From NCBI RefSeq assembly GCF_022846255.1, contig NZ_AP025682.1: DNA of 64,000 bases; one strand, 5' to 3'. Below the pieces are notes generated by a model that did no database searches, was not told the origin of the DNA, and saw nothing but the letters and a program-made list of their open reading frames with translations. Origin of the DNA: Escherichia coli. GTDB lineage: Bacteria > Pseudomonadota > Gammaproteobacteria > Enterobacterales > Enterobacteriaceae. A program made the translations under genes and the position numbers. Shown here in pieces: positions 29,120 to 39,300 of this stretch (positions within the stretch are counted from its first letter, which is position 1; each line of letters begins with the position of its first letter).

Positions 29120-31147
29120 ATGCACTATCGCAATGTGGTTTGTTTGTTGGCTTGTTCGTTGTTTTTATCGTCGGCATGGGGATGTCGGCTTTCCGCGCCT
29201 GAACATAATATTTACCAGAAACAGGGAAAAGGCGTGGTGTACCTGCGCCCTTATCAGAAAACAAATCTTTCTCTACCTGACGTGAAATACAAGAGATTGC
29301 GTCGTTTACCCAATTTATTAATAGACCCAACAACACTAGACGAATGGGATAAAGAACCTCCTCTGACCGATCTGACAACCGACTACCTCTATGAAGGCGC
29401 ACAAGCCTGGTATCCTCATTATTCCTGGCATAGCGATGGTCGCTATATCCTCTACGCAGGTGAAGTTGTGCAAAACCCTCCCGGCACTCCTCCCGTCGAT
29501 GTCGCCTCGTTCAAGGCATGGGGTGATTTTGCCGCAGATAAACACAGTCTCTATTTCGAAGGCAAGCGCACCGATGACAATGGCGGGGGAAATAGCTTAG
29601 ATATCAAAACACTGCATCAGGTGAAATTCCGTTTCCCCTGGAAACCTGACGTTCTGGGGCTGATATTACGTGACGCTAATTTCTTATATGTTGATGGACA
29701 TCGCCTCGCTGACCCCGAGAGTTTTCGCGTGCTGGCGCAAAAATCCTGGGATCAGCGAGGAAAGTTTTCCACCACGTTTAACCCCTGCGTTGCCGTACCA
29801 TTTGGCCCCTGGGATACATTAGCCCGTACACACACGGAAATGATGATCAACGGCGAACAGCTTGATGCCGACCCGGAGACATTTACTGTCGTACGCTGGA
29901 TGCCCGGTTCGTTATTAACCTGGCGAGATAAAAGCGGCCTGCACCGGAAGGTGCTGAATCAGGGAAATCTGGACAAAGATAGGGCAAATAGCTGCGCGGC
30001 GTTCAATTTGCAGGAACACTCTGTTTCATGGCGCAAAGGGCCTGAATGCCAGCAAGAAGTCCTACCCGGCCTCGATCCAGAACAATTTCACCCTCTTAGT
30101 AATACCGTCGCGCAGTATCAGGACAAACTGTACACCATCAAAAAAACAGAATTTGGCGAAAACAGGCTGGATATCGTCACGCTGGATAATCCTGCTTTGG
30201 TGATTAATAAACGCTTTAACGCGGGAAGAACTCACGGCTATTTACTGACCAAATTACAAGTTCGTGGTGAAGAAGAAGATGGTCTCCAGGTATTCGAGTC
30301 TTCCGGGCCGCTTATCCTGATGGATTATCGTGTTCCTGACGAGCGTGAGGCTCACCTTAGCGATAGCTCCCATTACAAGAAATGGTATGCACACGACGAT
30401 CGTTATGTTTACGCATTCGATGGCTCACAGCTTTGGCGCTACCCAACACCCAATACCAGGGCCGTGCGGGTGAACTGGAAAACCGGACATTCAGGATATG
30501 GCTATTGGGCAGACTACCGTAGTGGAGAGTTAGACGGCAGACTTCTTGAGGATGGTGCGTTTATTCCAACGGGAATCCCCTATAACTCATCCGTTAACAT
30601 TGCTCAATATTCTGCTGGCGAGAGCGCTTTTCTCGTCGGCGAAACCGATGTTAGCTGGCGTAAGCTTCGCTCTACAGACCAGCAATGGAGTCAATGGGGG
30701 AAACTCCGCGATATTGACCCAAAAGCATTTCACCCCATCACCGATCGTATCGCGCAGTACAAAAATACTCTGTACATTGCGAAATTGTCTCCTTTTGGTG
30801 AAGACATCCTGGAAACCCTAACGCTCGACTCTTCTGCACCTTTCCTGAACCAACGCATTAACGCAGGGAAAGACCATGGCTACTTTATGCGCTCTTCCCG
30901 ATTACGCGACGATATTCAAATTTTTGCCATTGATGGACCATTGAAGACCACCGAACGCTTCGCTTATGACAATCGCTATGTTTATACCTGGATCGGTAGC
31001 CAACTTTATCGAACCGCGTCGCCCTGTCCGGCAAAGACACGTAATCTGGATCAGAACATGTTTTCATCCAATGATGACATCATCATCCTGAAGACGGATG
31101 AAGAGTGCCGCAAAGCACCAGACATTGAGCAAACTTTGAAGCCCTGA
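29120..31147 (+). CDS. DKNYY-repeat family secreted protein
   Basis: ORF 29090..31147 begins at GTG; ATG at 29120 has an AGGA Shine-Dalgarno 7 nt upstream; signal-peptide-like N-terminus; repeated DK.(S/T)LY / D.RYVY motifs and a duplicated internal module. Confidence 0.7.
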   Translation: MHYRNVVCLLACSLFLSSAWGCRLSAPEHNIYQKQGKGVVYLRPYQKTNLSLPDVKYKRLRRLPNLLIDPTTLDEWDKEPPLTDLTTDYLYEGAQAWYPHYSWHSDGRYILYAGEVVQNPPGTPPVDVASFKAWGDFAADKHSLYFEGKRTDDNGGGNSLDIKTLHQVKFRFPWKPDVLGLILRDANFLYVDGHRLADPESFRVLAQKSWDQRGKFSTTFNPCVAVPFGPWDTLARTHTEMMINGEQLDADPETFTVVRWMPGSLLTWRDKSGLHRKVLNQGNLDKDRANSCAAFNLQEHSVSWRKGPECQQEVLPGLDPEQFHPLSNTVAQYQDKLYTIKKTEFGENRLDIVTLDNPALVINKRFNAGRTHGYLLTKLQVRGEEEDGLQVFESSGPLILMDYRVPDEREAHLSDSSHYKKWYAHDDRYVYAFDGSQLWRYPTPNTRAVRVNWKTGHSGYGYWADYRSGELDGRLLEDGAFIPTGIPYNSSVNIAQYSAGESAFLVGETDVSWRKLRSTDQQWSQWGKLRDIDPKAFHPITDRIAQYKNTLYIAKLSPFGEDILETLTLDSSAPFLNQRINAGKDHGYFMRSSRLRDDIQIFAIDGPLKTTERFAYDNRYVYTWIGSQLYRTASPCPAKTRNLDQNMFSSNDDIIILKTDEECRKAPDIEQTLKP

Positions 31148-31194
31148 CACCATGCCGCTATACTGCCGCCATCACTTAAAAACAGGATACAACA

Positions 31195-31515
31195 ATGAAC
31201 GACAGTGAATTTCATCGCCTGGCTGATCAACTGTGGCTGACCATTGAAGAACATCTGGACGACTGGGATGGCGACAGCGATATCGACTGTGAAATCAACG
31301 GCGGTGTACTAACCATTACCTTTGAGAACGGCAGCAAAATCATTATCAACCGCCAGGAACCACTGCACCAGGTGTGGCTGGCAACCAAACAGGGTGGCTA
31401 CCATTTTGATCTGAAAGGCGACGAGTGGATTTGCGATCGTAGCGGTGAAACCTTCTGGGATTTGCTGGAACAGGCGGCGACGCAGCAGGCGGGTGAAACA
31501 GTTAGTTTCCGCTAA
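31195..31515 (+). CDS. cyaY: frataxin homolog CyaY
   Basis: 106-aa product [33 protein letters not shown]... matching CyaY. Confidence 0.95.
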
Positions 31516-31554
31516 GATTGCATGCCGGATAAGCCTCGCTTTCCGGCACGTTCA

Positions 31555-34101
31555 TCACGAAAAATACTGCTGCAACAGCGGCGCGTCATGCTCCTGATTG
31601 GCAGGTGGCATGTTACCGATAGATTTGGTGCGAAACGGAATCACCTGTTCACGACCATCAACCTTCACAATCTGATAGAACTGCGGCAGGTTGAAGTTGA
31701 TGAAGCTTGAGCCGTAGGTGAAACGGTCGTGCGAAGACGAGTAGAAGCGACTGACGTCACGCACCAGTTCCTCTTTGCTGCCTTCGCAGTGGTGATACAC
31801 CTCAACCCGGTTGCTTTCGTCGAGAATGTAGATATTAAAGCCATTCTCGTCTTGCGTTTCTTCGAAGAAAAACTGGATGATCCCTTCGCTGGCAAAGCCG
31901 TCCACCACCGCCGGTAATTTGACGTGATTGGTTTCAACCTGCACTGACAGGCCGTGCAGTTTGTTATGCGAAATAGCGCCATAAAACTCGATGGCGTTTT
32001 CCAGTTTCTGTACCGAGACATTCAGCCGTTCGAAGAACAAGCCCCAGGTTTGACCGGAGACGCGCAGCGCCTTGAAGCGCCCGGTTTCCTGGCGGGTGCT
32101 GGAAAGACGCAGTTCAATACACTCAGAAACCAGTTGCTGCACGCGAGTACGGATTAACCCGCGCAGATGCTGGCTATAACAGAAGACTTCCACACTATCT
32201 GGCGGTGCGGCGTCCTGATGCATTTTGCCGAGAATGGTTTTCAGGGCTTCAATCATCGACTGCTCACCGTTGAAGTGCAGCGTACGCACTTCGTTCCACG
32301 AGTTGCGATACAGCAGGTCAACGCTACCCACCAGGCAATTTTGATTCTCGCCAAAGCTGAAGACATCCAGCTTACGGAAATCAAAATGCACCACCTGATT
32401 GCGGAAGGCTGCCGTCGGGTCATATTCCAGGTTAACGATAATCGCCAGATGGCGGATCTCACACGGGCTGTAGAGCGCCTTCGGTGTCGGTGCAGGTAAG
32501 CGCAGCGGGAAATGGTGCGACACGTCGGCGACCATCTCCTGCAACTTAGGCAAATCGACAATGCCGTTACCTTTAATATACAAGCGGGTGCGCGAGGTCA
32601 GCAGGCCGTTAAACCATGCCCACGCCACCAGTTTATTCAGGTAACGGTTATATTCCAGCGGCTGATGGCTGATGATCGACTCAATATTTGGCGCGCGGTT
32701 ATACAGATACCAACCTGAACGGTTAGCCCGGCCCGGCGGCACATAAATAAAGGTCAGATTCGGTTCCGAGAGATCGGGTGAAATCTGCGGGTTTACCAGC
32801 GTCACTTTACCCGGTAACGCTTCAAACGCGGCGTACAGTTTACGTGTCAGAACACCGATATCCTGCGGGCTGGCGGAAACGCTAAGGTTATTGCGACGCG
32901 CAAAGCGGATCAGATTGCGGTAGCTCTGCATCATCGCGTCGAGCAACTCGTTGTGCGCCTCACGCACCTGATCAATCTTCCAGTTAGCGCGATTATCAAG
33001 CATTGCCAGACGAGAATCGTCCCATTCCCACTCTTTCACCAACTGGCTTAACACTTCACGACGCCAGCCTACGCAGGCGCGTTCACGGCTGAGTTTTTCG
33101 CAAACTTTTAAATAGAAGCATCGGCGAACTAAATCCAGACGAGTAAAATCTTCGATCGCCGTCAGATATTCAGTGACGCGCTCCAGCATCATGCAATACG
33201 GGTCGAGACCAAACGACACTATTTCGCCGTCGTGCAAACGCTGTTTGATATCTTTCGCCAGCAGACGTGGGTTCGGGTATTCCCAGGAATAGGCTTCCAG
33301 CAGCAGTGTTTTCAGCACCGCTTTGTATGGGGAATCGATACTCTTGTAGAGCTGCCAAAGGCTGGCACCAAAGTACTCTTCAGCAGAAAGCGAGCTTAAG
33401 CCACCAAGATCCAGCCATTCATTTGGCGTCAACACGCCCTGCGCGTAAAGCGTCATCACATAGTCGTCGTAATGCTCTTCTTCGTCGCACGGCACCATAT
33501 TCCACAGAATACGCTTACCGGCGAGACGCACGGCGGTACGATAAAATTCGTCAAGCAGCAGTATATGCTGGGTGGAGCCACAATCTTCGCCCCCCAGGCT
33601 GCCGCTTTCATTATGACGGAAGCGGTTTTCATCAATCAGGAAGAAGCTGACTTCCACACCCAGCGAGGCGGCCCAGCTTTCCAGCAGACTACATTTACGT
33701 TGTAGCAACTGGCGCTCTTCGCTATCGAGCCAGGATTGATGACAGACCCAGATATCCAGGTCAGAGGAACAACTTTGCCCTACGGACGAGGTGCTGCCCA
33801 TGGTGTATACACCAGTAATTGGAAGCTCACCTTTCGGTGGGTCCTGTACTGACATTCCACGATACAGTTCAAGCTCGTTCAGGTAGTGGCGTTGAGTTTC
33901 ATCAGGCGTGTAAAGGCAAATGCCTTTGGGAACGTTACCATCAAGGTAACCCGGCATTAGCGGATGGTGATAGTGCAACAATGTCGGCAGTAGACTGTAG
34001 ACCTGTTGGAATGCAGGCCCCATAGCAGCAAGCGCGCGATCCACACGCAATTGATTTATGGCATCCAGTCTCTGTTTCAGAGTCTCAATATAGAGGTACA
34101 A
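31555..34101 (-). CDS. cyaA: adenylate cyclase (class I)
   Basis: 848-aa product matching CyaA; initiation codon at 34099-34101 reads TTG on the minus strand. Confidence 0.97.
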   Translation of the reverse strand: MYLYIETLKQRLDAINQLRVDRALAAMGPAFQQVYSLLPTLLHYHHPLMPGYLDGNVPKGICLYTPDETQRHYLNELELYRGMSVQDPPKGELPITGVYTMGSTSSVGQSCSSDLDIWVCHQSWLDSEERQLLQRKCSLLESWAASLGVEVSFFLIDENRFRHNESGSLGGEDCGSTQHILLLDEFYRTAVRLAGKRILWNMVPCDEEEHYDDYVMTLYAQGVLTPNEWLDLGGLSSLSAEEYFGASLWQLYKSIDSPYKAVLKTLLLEAYSWEYPNPRLLAKDIKQRLHDGEIVSFGLDPYCMMLERVTEYLTAIEDFTRLDLVRRCFYLKVCEKLSRERACVGWRREVLSQLVKEWEWDDSRLAMLDNRANWKIDQVREAHNELLDAMMQSYRNLIRFARRNNLSVSASPQDIGVLTRKLYAAFEALPGKVTLVNPQISPDLSEPNLTFIYVPPGRANRSGWYLYNRAPNIESIISHQPLEYNRYLNKLVAWAWFNGLLTSRTRLYIKGNGIVDLPKLQEMVADVSHHFPLRLPAPTPKALYSPCEIRHLAIIVNLEYDPTAAFRNQVVHFDFRKLDVFSFGENQNCLVGSVDLLYRNSWNEVRTLHFNGEQSMIEALKTILGKMHQDAAPPDSVEVFCYSQHLRGLIRTRVQQLVSECIELRLSSTRQETGRFKALRVSGQTWGLFFERLNVSVQKLENAIEFYGAISHNKLHGLSVQVETNHVKLPAVVDGFASEGIIQFFFEETQDENGFNIYILDESNRVEVYHHCEGSKEELVRDVSRFYSSSHDRFTYGSSFINFNLPQFYQIVKVDGREQVIPFRTKSIGNMPPANQEHDAPLLQQYFS

Positions 34102-34487
34102 GACGTATCGCCTGATTTGCTACCCGTCATGACTGTGATTCCGCCAACATCAACGGTAACACGCGGCATTCGGGATATTTCGTATGTCAAAGGTAACCGT
34201 TACCACTTTTCGCGCCTGGTTTTTTTAGTTTCACGACGAAAAAATGGTCTAAAACGTGATCAATTTAACACCTTGCTGATTGACCGTAAAGAAAGATGCG
34301 CTACATACAAGTGTAGCACCGTTTATTCTCTGTAAATTCCTTATTACGAAGGCTCAAAGCGCCTGTCAGGATCCACTGCCAGACCTCATTTTACGGTTTG
34401 CGCAGGCGTCTACGTTTCACCACAACACTGACATCGCTCTGGCAAGGATGTTAGGATGGACCACGGATGATAATGACGGTAACAAGC

Positions 34488-35429
34488 ATGTTAGACAATG
34501 TTTTAAGAATTGCCACACGCCAAAGCCCACTTGCACTCTGGCAGGCACACTATGTCAAAGACAAGTTGATGGCGAGCCATCCGGGCCTGGTCGTTGAACT
34601 GGTACCGATGGTGACGCGCGGCGATGTGATTCTTGATACGCCGCTGGCGAAAGTAGGCGGAAAAGGCTTATTTGTGAAAGAGCTGGAAGTCGCGCTCCTC
34701 GAAAATCGCGCCGATATCGCCGTACATTCAATGAAAGATGTGCCGGTTGAATTCCCGCAAGGTCTGGGGCTGGTCACCATTTGCAAGCGCGAAGATCCCC
34801 GCGATGCCTTTGTATCCAACACCTATGACAGTCTGGATGCGTTACCGGCAGGCAGTATCGTCGGGACGTCCAGTTTACGTCGCCAGTGCCAACTGGCTGA
34901 ACGCCGCCCGGATCTGATTATCCGCTCCCTGCGCGGCAACGTCGGCACTCGTCTGAGCAAACTGGATAACGGCGAATATGATGCCATCATTCTTGCCGTA
35001 GCCGGACTAAAACGTTTAGGTCTGGAGTCCCGCATTCGCGCCGCGTTGCCACCCGAGATTTCTCTTCCGGCGGTAGGGCAAGGTGCGGTGGGCATTGAAT
35101 GCCGCCTTGATGATGCACGCACTCGCGAGCTGCTCGCCGCGCTGAATCACCACGAAACTGCACTGCGCGTTACCGCCGAACGCGCCATGAATACCCGTCT
35201 CGAAGGCGGATGTCAGGTGCCAATTGGTAGCTACGCCGAGCTTATTGATGGCGAAATCTGGCTGCGTGCGTTGGTTGGCGCGCCGGACGGTTCGCAGATT
35301 ATTCGCGGTGAACGCCGCGGTGCGCCGCAAGATGCCGAACAAATGGGGATTTCGCTGGCAGAAGAGCTACTGAATAACGGCGCGCGCGAGATCCTCGCTG
35401 AAGTCTATAACGGAGACGCCCCGGCATGA
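34488..35429 (+). CDS. hemC: porphobilinogen deaminase (hydroxymethylbilane synthase)
   Basis: [20 protein letters not shown]... 313 aa from internal ATG of ORF 34467..35429. Confidence 0.95.
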   Translation: MLDNVLRIATRQSPLALWQAHYVKDKLMASHPGLVVELVPMVTRGDVILDTPLAKVGGKGLFVKELEVALLENRADIAVHSMKDVPVEFPQGLGLVTICKREDPRDAFVSNTYDSLDALPAGSIVGTSSLRRQCQLAERRPDLIIRSLRGNVGTRLSKLDNGEYDAIILAVAGLKRLGLESRIRAALPPEISLPAVGQGAVGIECRLDDARTRELLAALNHHETALRVTAERAMNTRLEGGCQVPIGSYAELIDGEIWLRALVGAPDGSQIIRGERRGAPQDAEQMGISLAEELLNNGAREILAEVYNGDAPA

Positions 35430-36166
35430 GTATCCTGGTCACCCGTCCGTCTCCCGCAGGAGAAGAGTTAGTGAGCCGTCTGCGCACACTGGGGCAGGTG
35501 GCCTGGCATTTTCCGCTGATTGAGTTTTCTCCGGGTCGACAATTACCGCAACTTGCTGATCAACTGGCAGCGCTGGGAGAGAGCGATCTGTTGTTTGCCC
35601 TCTCGCAACACGCGGTTGCTTTTGCCCAATCACAGCTGCATCAGCAAGATCGTAAATGGCCCCGACTACCTACTTATTTCGCCATTGGACGCACCACCGC
35701 GCTGGCACTACATACCGTAAGCGGACAGAAGATTCTCTACCCGCAGGATCGGGAAATCAGCGAAGTCTTGCTACAATTACCTGAATTACAAAATATTGCG
35801 GGCAAACGTGCGCTGATATTACGTGGCAATGGCGGTCGTGAGCTAATTAGGGATTCCCTGACGGCGCGCGGTGCTGAGGTCACTTTTTGTGAATGTTATC
35901 AACGATGCGCAATCCATTACGATGGTGCAGAAGAAGCGATGCGCTGGCAATCCCGCGAGGTGACGACGGTCGTTGTTACCAGCGGTGAAATGTTGCAGCA
36001 ACTCTGGTCGCTGATCCCACAATGGTATCGTGAGCACTGGTTACTACGCTGTCGACTATTAGTCGTCAGTGAGCGTTTGGCGAAACTCGCCCGGGAACTG
36101 GGCTGGCAAGACATTAAGGTCGCCGATAACGCTGATAACGATGCGCTTTTACGGGCATTACAATAA
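35426..36166 (+). CDS. hemD: uroporphyrinogen-III synthase
   Basis: 246 aa; start overlaps hemC stop (ATGA). Confidence 0.95.
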   Translation: MSILVTRPSPAGEELVSRLRTLGQVAWHFPLIEFSPGRQLPQLADQLAALGESDLLFALSQHAVAFAQSQLHQQDRKWPRLPTYFAIGRTTALALHTVSGQKILYPQDREISEVLLQLPELQNIAGKRALILRGNGGRELIRDSLTARGAEVTFCECYQRCAIHYDGAEEAMRWQSREVTTVVVTSGEMLQQLWSLIPQWYREHWLLRCRLLVVSERLAKLARELGWQDIKVADNADNDALLRALQ

Positions 36167-36187
36167 CTCTCATAACAGGAAGCCATA

Positions 36188-37423
36188 ATGACGGAACAAG
36201 AAAAAACCTCCGCCGTGGTTGAAGAGACCAGGGAGGCCGTGGACACCACGTCACAACCTGTCGCAACAGAAAAAAAGAGTAAGAACAATACCGCATTGAT
36301 TCTCAGCGCGGTGGCTATCGCTATTGCTCTGGCGGCGGGCGTCGGTTTGTATGGCTGGGGTAAACAACAGGCCGTCAATCAGACTGCCACCAGCGATGCC
36401 CTGGCTAACCAACTTACGGCACTGCAAAAAGCCCAGGAGAGCCAAAAAGCCGAGCTGGAAGGCATTATCAAGCAACAAGCTGTACAGCTTGAGCAGGCGA
36501 ATCGTCAGCAAGAAACGCTGGCAAAACAGCTGGATGAAGTCCAACAAAAGGTCGCCACCATTTCCGGCAGCGATGCTAAAACCTGGCTGCTGGCCCAGGC
36601 CGATTTTCTGGTGAAACTCGCCGGACGGAAGCTGTGGAGCGATCAGGACGTCACGACCGCTGCAGCGTTGCTGAAAAGTGCAGACGCCAGCCTGGCGGAT
36701 ATGAATGACCCGAGTCTGATTACCGTTCGCCGGGCAATTACCGATGATATCGCCAGCCTTTCTGCGGTATCGCAGGTGGATTATGACGGTATCATCCTTA
36801 AGCTTAATCAGCTTTCAAATCAGGTAGATAATCTGCGTCTGGCCGATAATGACAGCGATGGTTCGCCGATGGATTCCGACGGTGAAGAGCTTTCCAGTTC
36901 CATCAGCGAATGGCGTATCAATCTGCAAAAAAGCTGGCAGAACTTTATGGACAACTTCATTACGATTCGCCGTCGTGATGACACCGCCGTACCGCTGTTA
37001 GCGCCAAATCAGGATATCTATCTGCGCGAAAATATTCGCTCTCGCCTGCTGGTCGCAGCACAAGCTGTACCGCGTCACCAGGAAGAGACTTATCGCCAAG
37101 CGCTGGAGAACGTCTCCACCTGGGTACGTGCTTACTACGATACTGATGATGCCACCACCAAAGCGTTCCTCGACGAGGTGGACCAGTTAAGCCAGCAAAA
37201 TATCTCGATGGATCTTCCGGAAACCCTGCAAAGCCAGGCGATGCTGGAAAAATTGATGCAGACCCGCGTGCGTAACCTGCTGGCACAACCGGCAGCAGGG
37301 ACAACGGAAGCTAAACCTGCACCTGCACCTGCACCTGCACCTGCACCTGCACCTGCACCTGCACCTGCACCTGCACCTGCACCGCAAGCTGATGCTCCGG
37401 CAGCCGCGCCGCAAGGAGAATAA
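36188..37423 (+). CDS. hemX: HemX (uroporphyrinogen-III C-methyltransferase-like membrane protein)
   Basis: 411-aa product with a single N-terminal TM segment, coiled-coil region and a C-terminal (PA)n repeat. Confidence 0.9.
   Translation: MTEQEKTSAVVEETREAVDTTSQPVATEKKSKNNTALILSAVAIAIALAAGVGLYGWGKQQAVNQTATSDALANQLTALQKAQESQKAELEGIIKQQAVQLEQANRQQETLAKQLDEVQQKVATISGSDAKTWLLAQADFLVKLAGRKLWSDQDVTTAAALLKSADASLADMNDPSLITVRRAITDDIASLSAVSQVDYDGIILKLNQLSNQVDNLRLADNDSDGSPMDSDGEELSSSISEWRINLQKSWQNFMDNFITIRRRDDTAVPLLAPNQDIYLRENIRSRLLVAAQAVPRHQEETYRQALENVSTWVRAYYDTDDATTKAFLDEVDQLSQQNISMDLPETLQSQAMLEKLMQTRVRNLLAQPAAGTTEAKPAPAPAPAPAPAPAPAPAPAPAPQADAPAAAPQGE
37316..37381 (+). repeat. hexanucleotide tandem repeat (CCTGCA)x11 encoding (Pro-Ala)11 within hemX
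   Basis: 11 perfect tandem copies counted directly in the sequence. Confidence 0.95.
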
Positions 37424-37425
37424 CC

Positions 37426-38622
37426 ATGCTAAAAGTGTTATTGCTCTTTGTGTTGCTGATTGCGGGGATCGTGGTTGGCCCGATGATTGCCGGCCATCAG
37501 GGTTACGTGCTGATCCAGACCGACAACTACAATATTGAAACTAGCGTCACGGGCCTCGCGATTATTTTGATTCTGGCGATGGTAGTGCTGTTTGCCATTG
37601 AGTGGCTACTGCGGCGAATCTTCCGCACAGGCGCGCACACCCGTGGGTGGTTTGTCGGACGTAAGCGTCGCCGTGCACGTAAGCAGACCGAACAGGCGCT
37701 GCTGAAACTGGCGGAAGGCGATTATCAGCAAGTTGAAAAGTTGATGGCGAAAAATGCCGATCACGCTGAACAACCGGTGGTGAACTATCTACTGGCAGCC
37801 GAAGCCGCGCAACAACGTGGTGATGAAGCACGCGCCAACCAACATCTGGAACGCGCAGCGGAGCTGGCCGGCAATGACACCATTCCGGTAGAAATCACCC
37901 GTGTACGTCTGCAACTGGCCCGTAATGAAAACCATGCAGCACGTCACGGCGTGGATAAGCTGCTGGAAGTTACGCCACGCCATCCGGAAGTATTACGTCT
38001 GGCGGAACAGGCGTATATCCGCACTGGTGCATGGAGTTCGCTGCTGGATATCATCCCATCAATGGCGAAAGCCCATGTTGGTGATGAAGAACATCGTGCA
38101 ATGCTGGAACAACAGGCATGGATTGGCCTGATGGATCAGGCGCGTGCCGATAACGGTAGTGAAGGTTTGCGTAACTGGTGGAAAAACCAAAGCCGGAAAA
38201 CGCGTCATCAGGTGGCCTTGCAGGTGGCAATGGCGGAACATCTTATTGAGTGTGACGATCATGATACTGCCCAGCAAATTATCATCGATGGCCTGAAACG
38301 CCAGTATGACGATCGCCTGCTGCTGCCGATCCCGCGTCTGAAAACCAATAACCCGGAACAGCTGGAAAAAGTGCTGCGCCAACAGATCAAAAACGTGGGC
38401 GATCGCCCGCTGTTGTGGAGCACACTGGGTCAGTCGCTGATGAAACACGGAGAATGGCAGGAAGCATCGCTCGCCTTCCGCGCAGCGCTGAAACAACGTC
38501 CGGACGCCTACGATTACGCATGGCTTGCCGACGCGCTGGACAGACTGCACAAGCCGGAAGAAGCCGCAGCGATGCGTCGCGACGGTTTGATGTTAACGTT
38601 GCAGAACAACCCGCCACAGTAG
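37426..38622 (+). CDS. hemY: HemY (TPR-containing heme biosynthesis-associated membrane protein)
   Basis: 398-aa product matching HemY; begins 3 nt after hemX stop. Confidence 0.95.
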   Translation: MLKVLLLFVLLIAGIVVGPMIAGHQGYVLIQTDNYNIETSVTGLAIILILAMVVLFAIEWLLRRIFRTGAHTRGWFVGRKRRRARKQTEQALLKLAEGDYQQVEKLMAKNADHAEQPVVNYLLAAEAAQQRGDEARANQHLERAAELAGNDTIPVEITRVRLQLARNENHAARHGVDKLLEVTPRHPEVLRLAEQAYIRTGAWSSLLDIIPSMAKAHVGDEEHRAMLEQQAWIGLMDQARADNGSEGLRNWWKNQSRKTRHQVALQVAMAEHLIECDDHDTAQQIIIDGLKRQYDDRLLLPIPRLKTNNPEQLEKVLRQQIKNVGDRPLLWSTLGQSLMKHGEWQEASLAFRAALKQRPDAYDYAWLADALDRLHKPEEAAAMRRDGLMLTLQNNPPQ

Positions 38623-38632
38623 CTCTTTCTCA

Positions 38633-38654
38633 CCCGGAGGCAAGCACCTCCGGG
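38633..38654 (+). terminator. hairpin downstream of hemY
   Basis: CCCGGAGG caagca CCTCCGGG, 8-bp stem, followed by a pyrimidine-rich tract. Confidence 0.4.
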
Positions 38655-38670
38655 GCCTTTCTGATATATA

Positions 38671-38876
38671 AAAAAACGCCTGCTCTTATTACGGAGCAGG
38701 CGTTAAAACAGGTCTGTATGACAACAAGTGGGTGCTTCACTCAACGTTGTGTCCATGGTGTCTGATGAGGCATAAGCGACATCTGTCAGTGGACGATAAG
38801 CACCGTAAACGGCTCTGCGTCATTCCGGAGTTTATGAGGCACTAAGGCGAACATAAGAGATGGAATGAGCATCTAC
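38671..38876 (-). ncRNA. glmZ: GlmZ small regulatory RNA (SraJ/RyiA)
   Basis: minus-strand sequence GTAGATGCTCATTCCATCTCTTATG ... AACGCCTGCTCCGTAATAAGAGCAGGCGTTTTTT matches GlmZ as I recall it; terminator hairpin plus U-run at the 3' end; lies in the hemY-aslA intergenic region. Confidence 0.8.
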
Positions 38877-39300
38877 TCGTTTATTATGCCACAGAGAACC
38901 GGGAAATAACATCCCTTAACACTTGTTATGAGATAATTCTGTAATCCTCTTTGCTTCCTGAGTAATAACTTCCTGAGTGAATATTTCTCCTGCGCACAAT
39001 TCTACACATATATATAATGAATAATAAAAGTCATTCAATTAATAACATATATATTAATTGCCGTTAAAACTAAAAACAGCATCAATAATCAACGCGATAT
39101 AACATCACCGCCTTACATATCACCTGCGCCAGAGGTAGGATTGCAAACGCTCTCCTGATTTTCCAATTCATTTTCTGGATAAATAAATAATTTATTTTTA
39201 TCACTATTATTTATGCAATCATCCTGTCAGGGAGAGGGATCTCAATTATCAATGCTTAATTACGTCATCATTTTGACGACATGAAACCGGAGCATTTTGC

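Noticed and set aside
37316-37381. Possible CRISPR array
   Set aside because: The repeat unit is 6 nt with no spacers and lies inside the hemX coding frame. It is a coding microsatellite, not a CRISPR array. No cas genes in the window.
37187-37414. 75-aa minus-strand ORF rich in Arg-Cys repeats overlapping the hemX repeat
   Set aside because: Artefact of translating the reverse strand of the (CCTGCA)n tandem repeat.
38415-38765. 116-aa plus-strand ORF spanning the hemY 3' end and the glmZ 3' region
   Set aside because: Out of frame within hemY and runs across the terminator and the sRNA; no ribosome-binding site.
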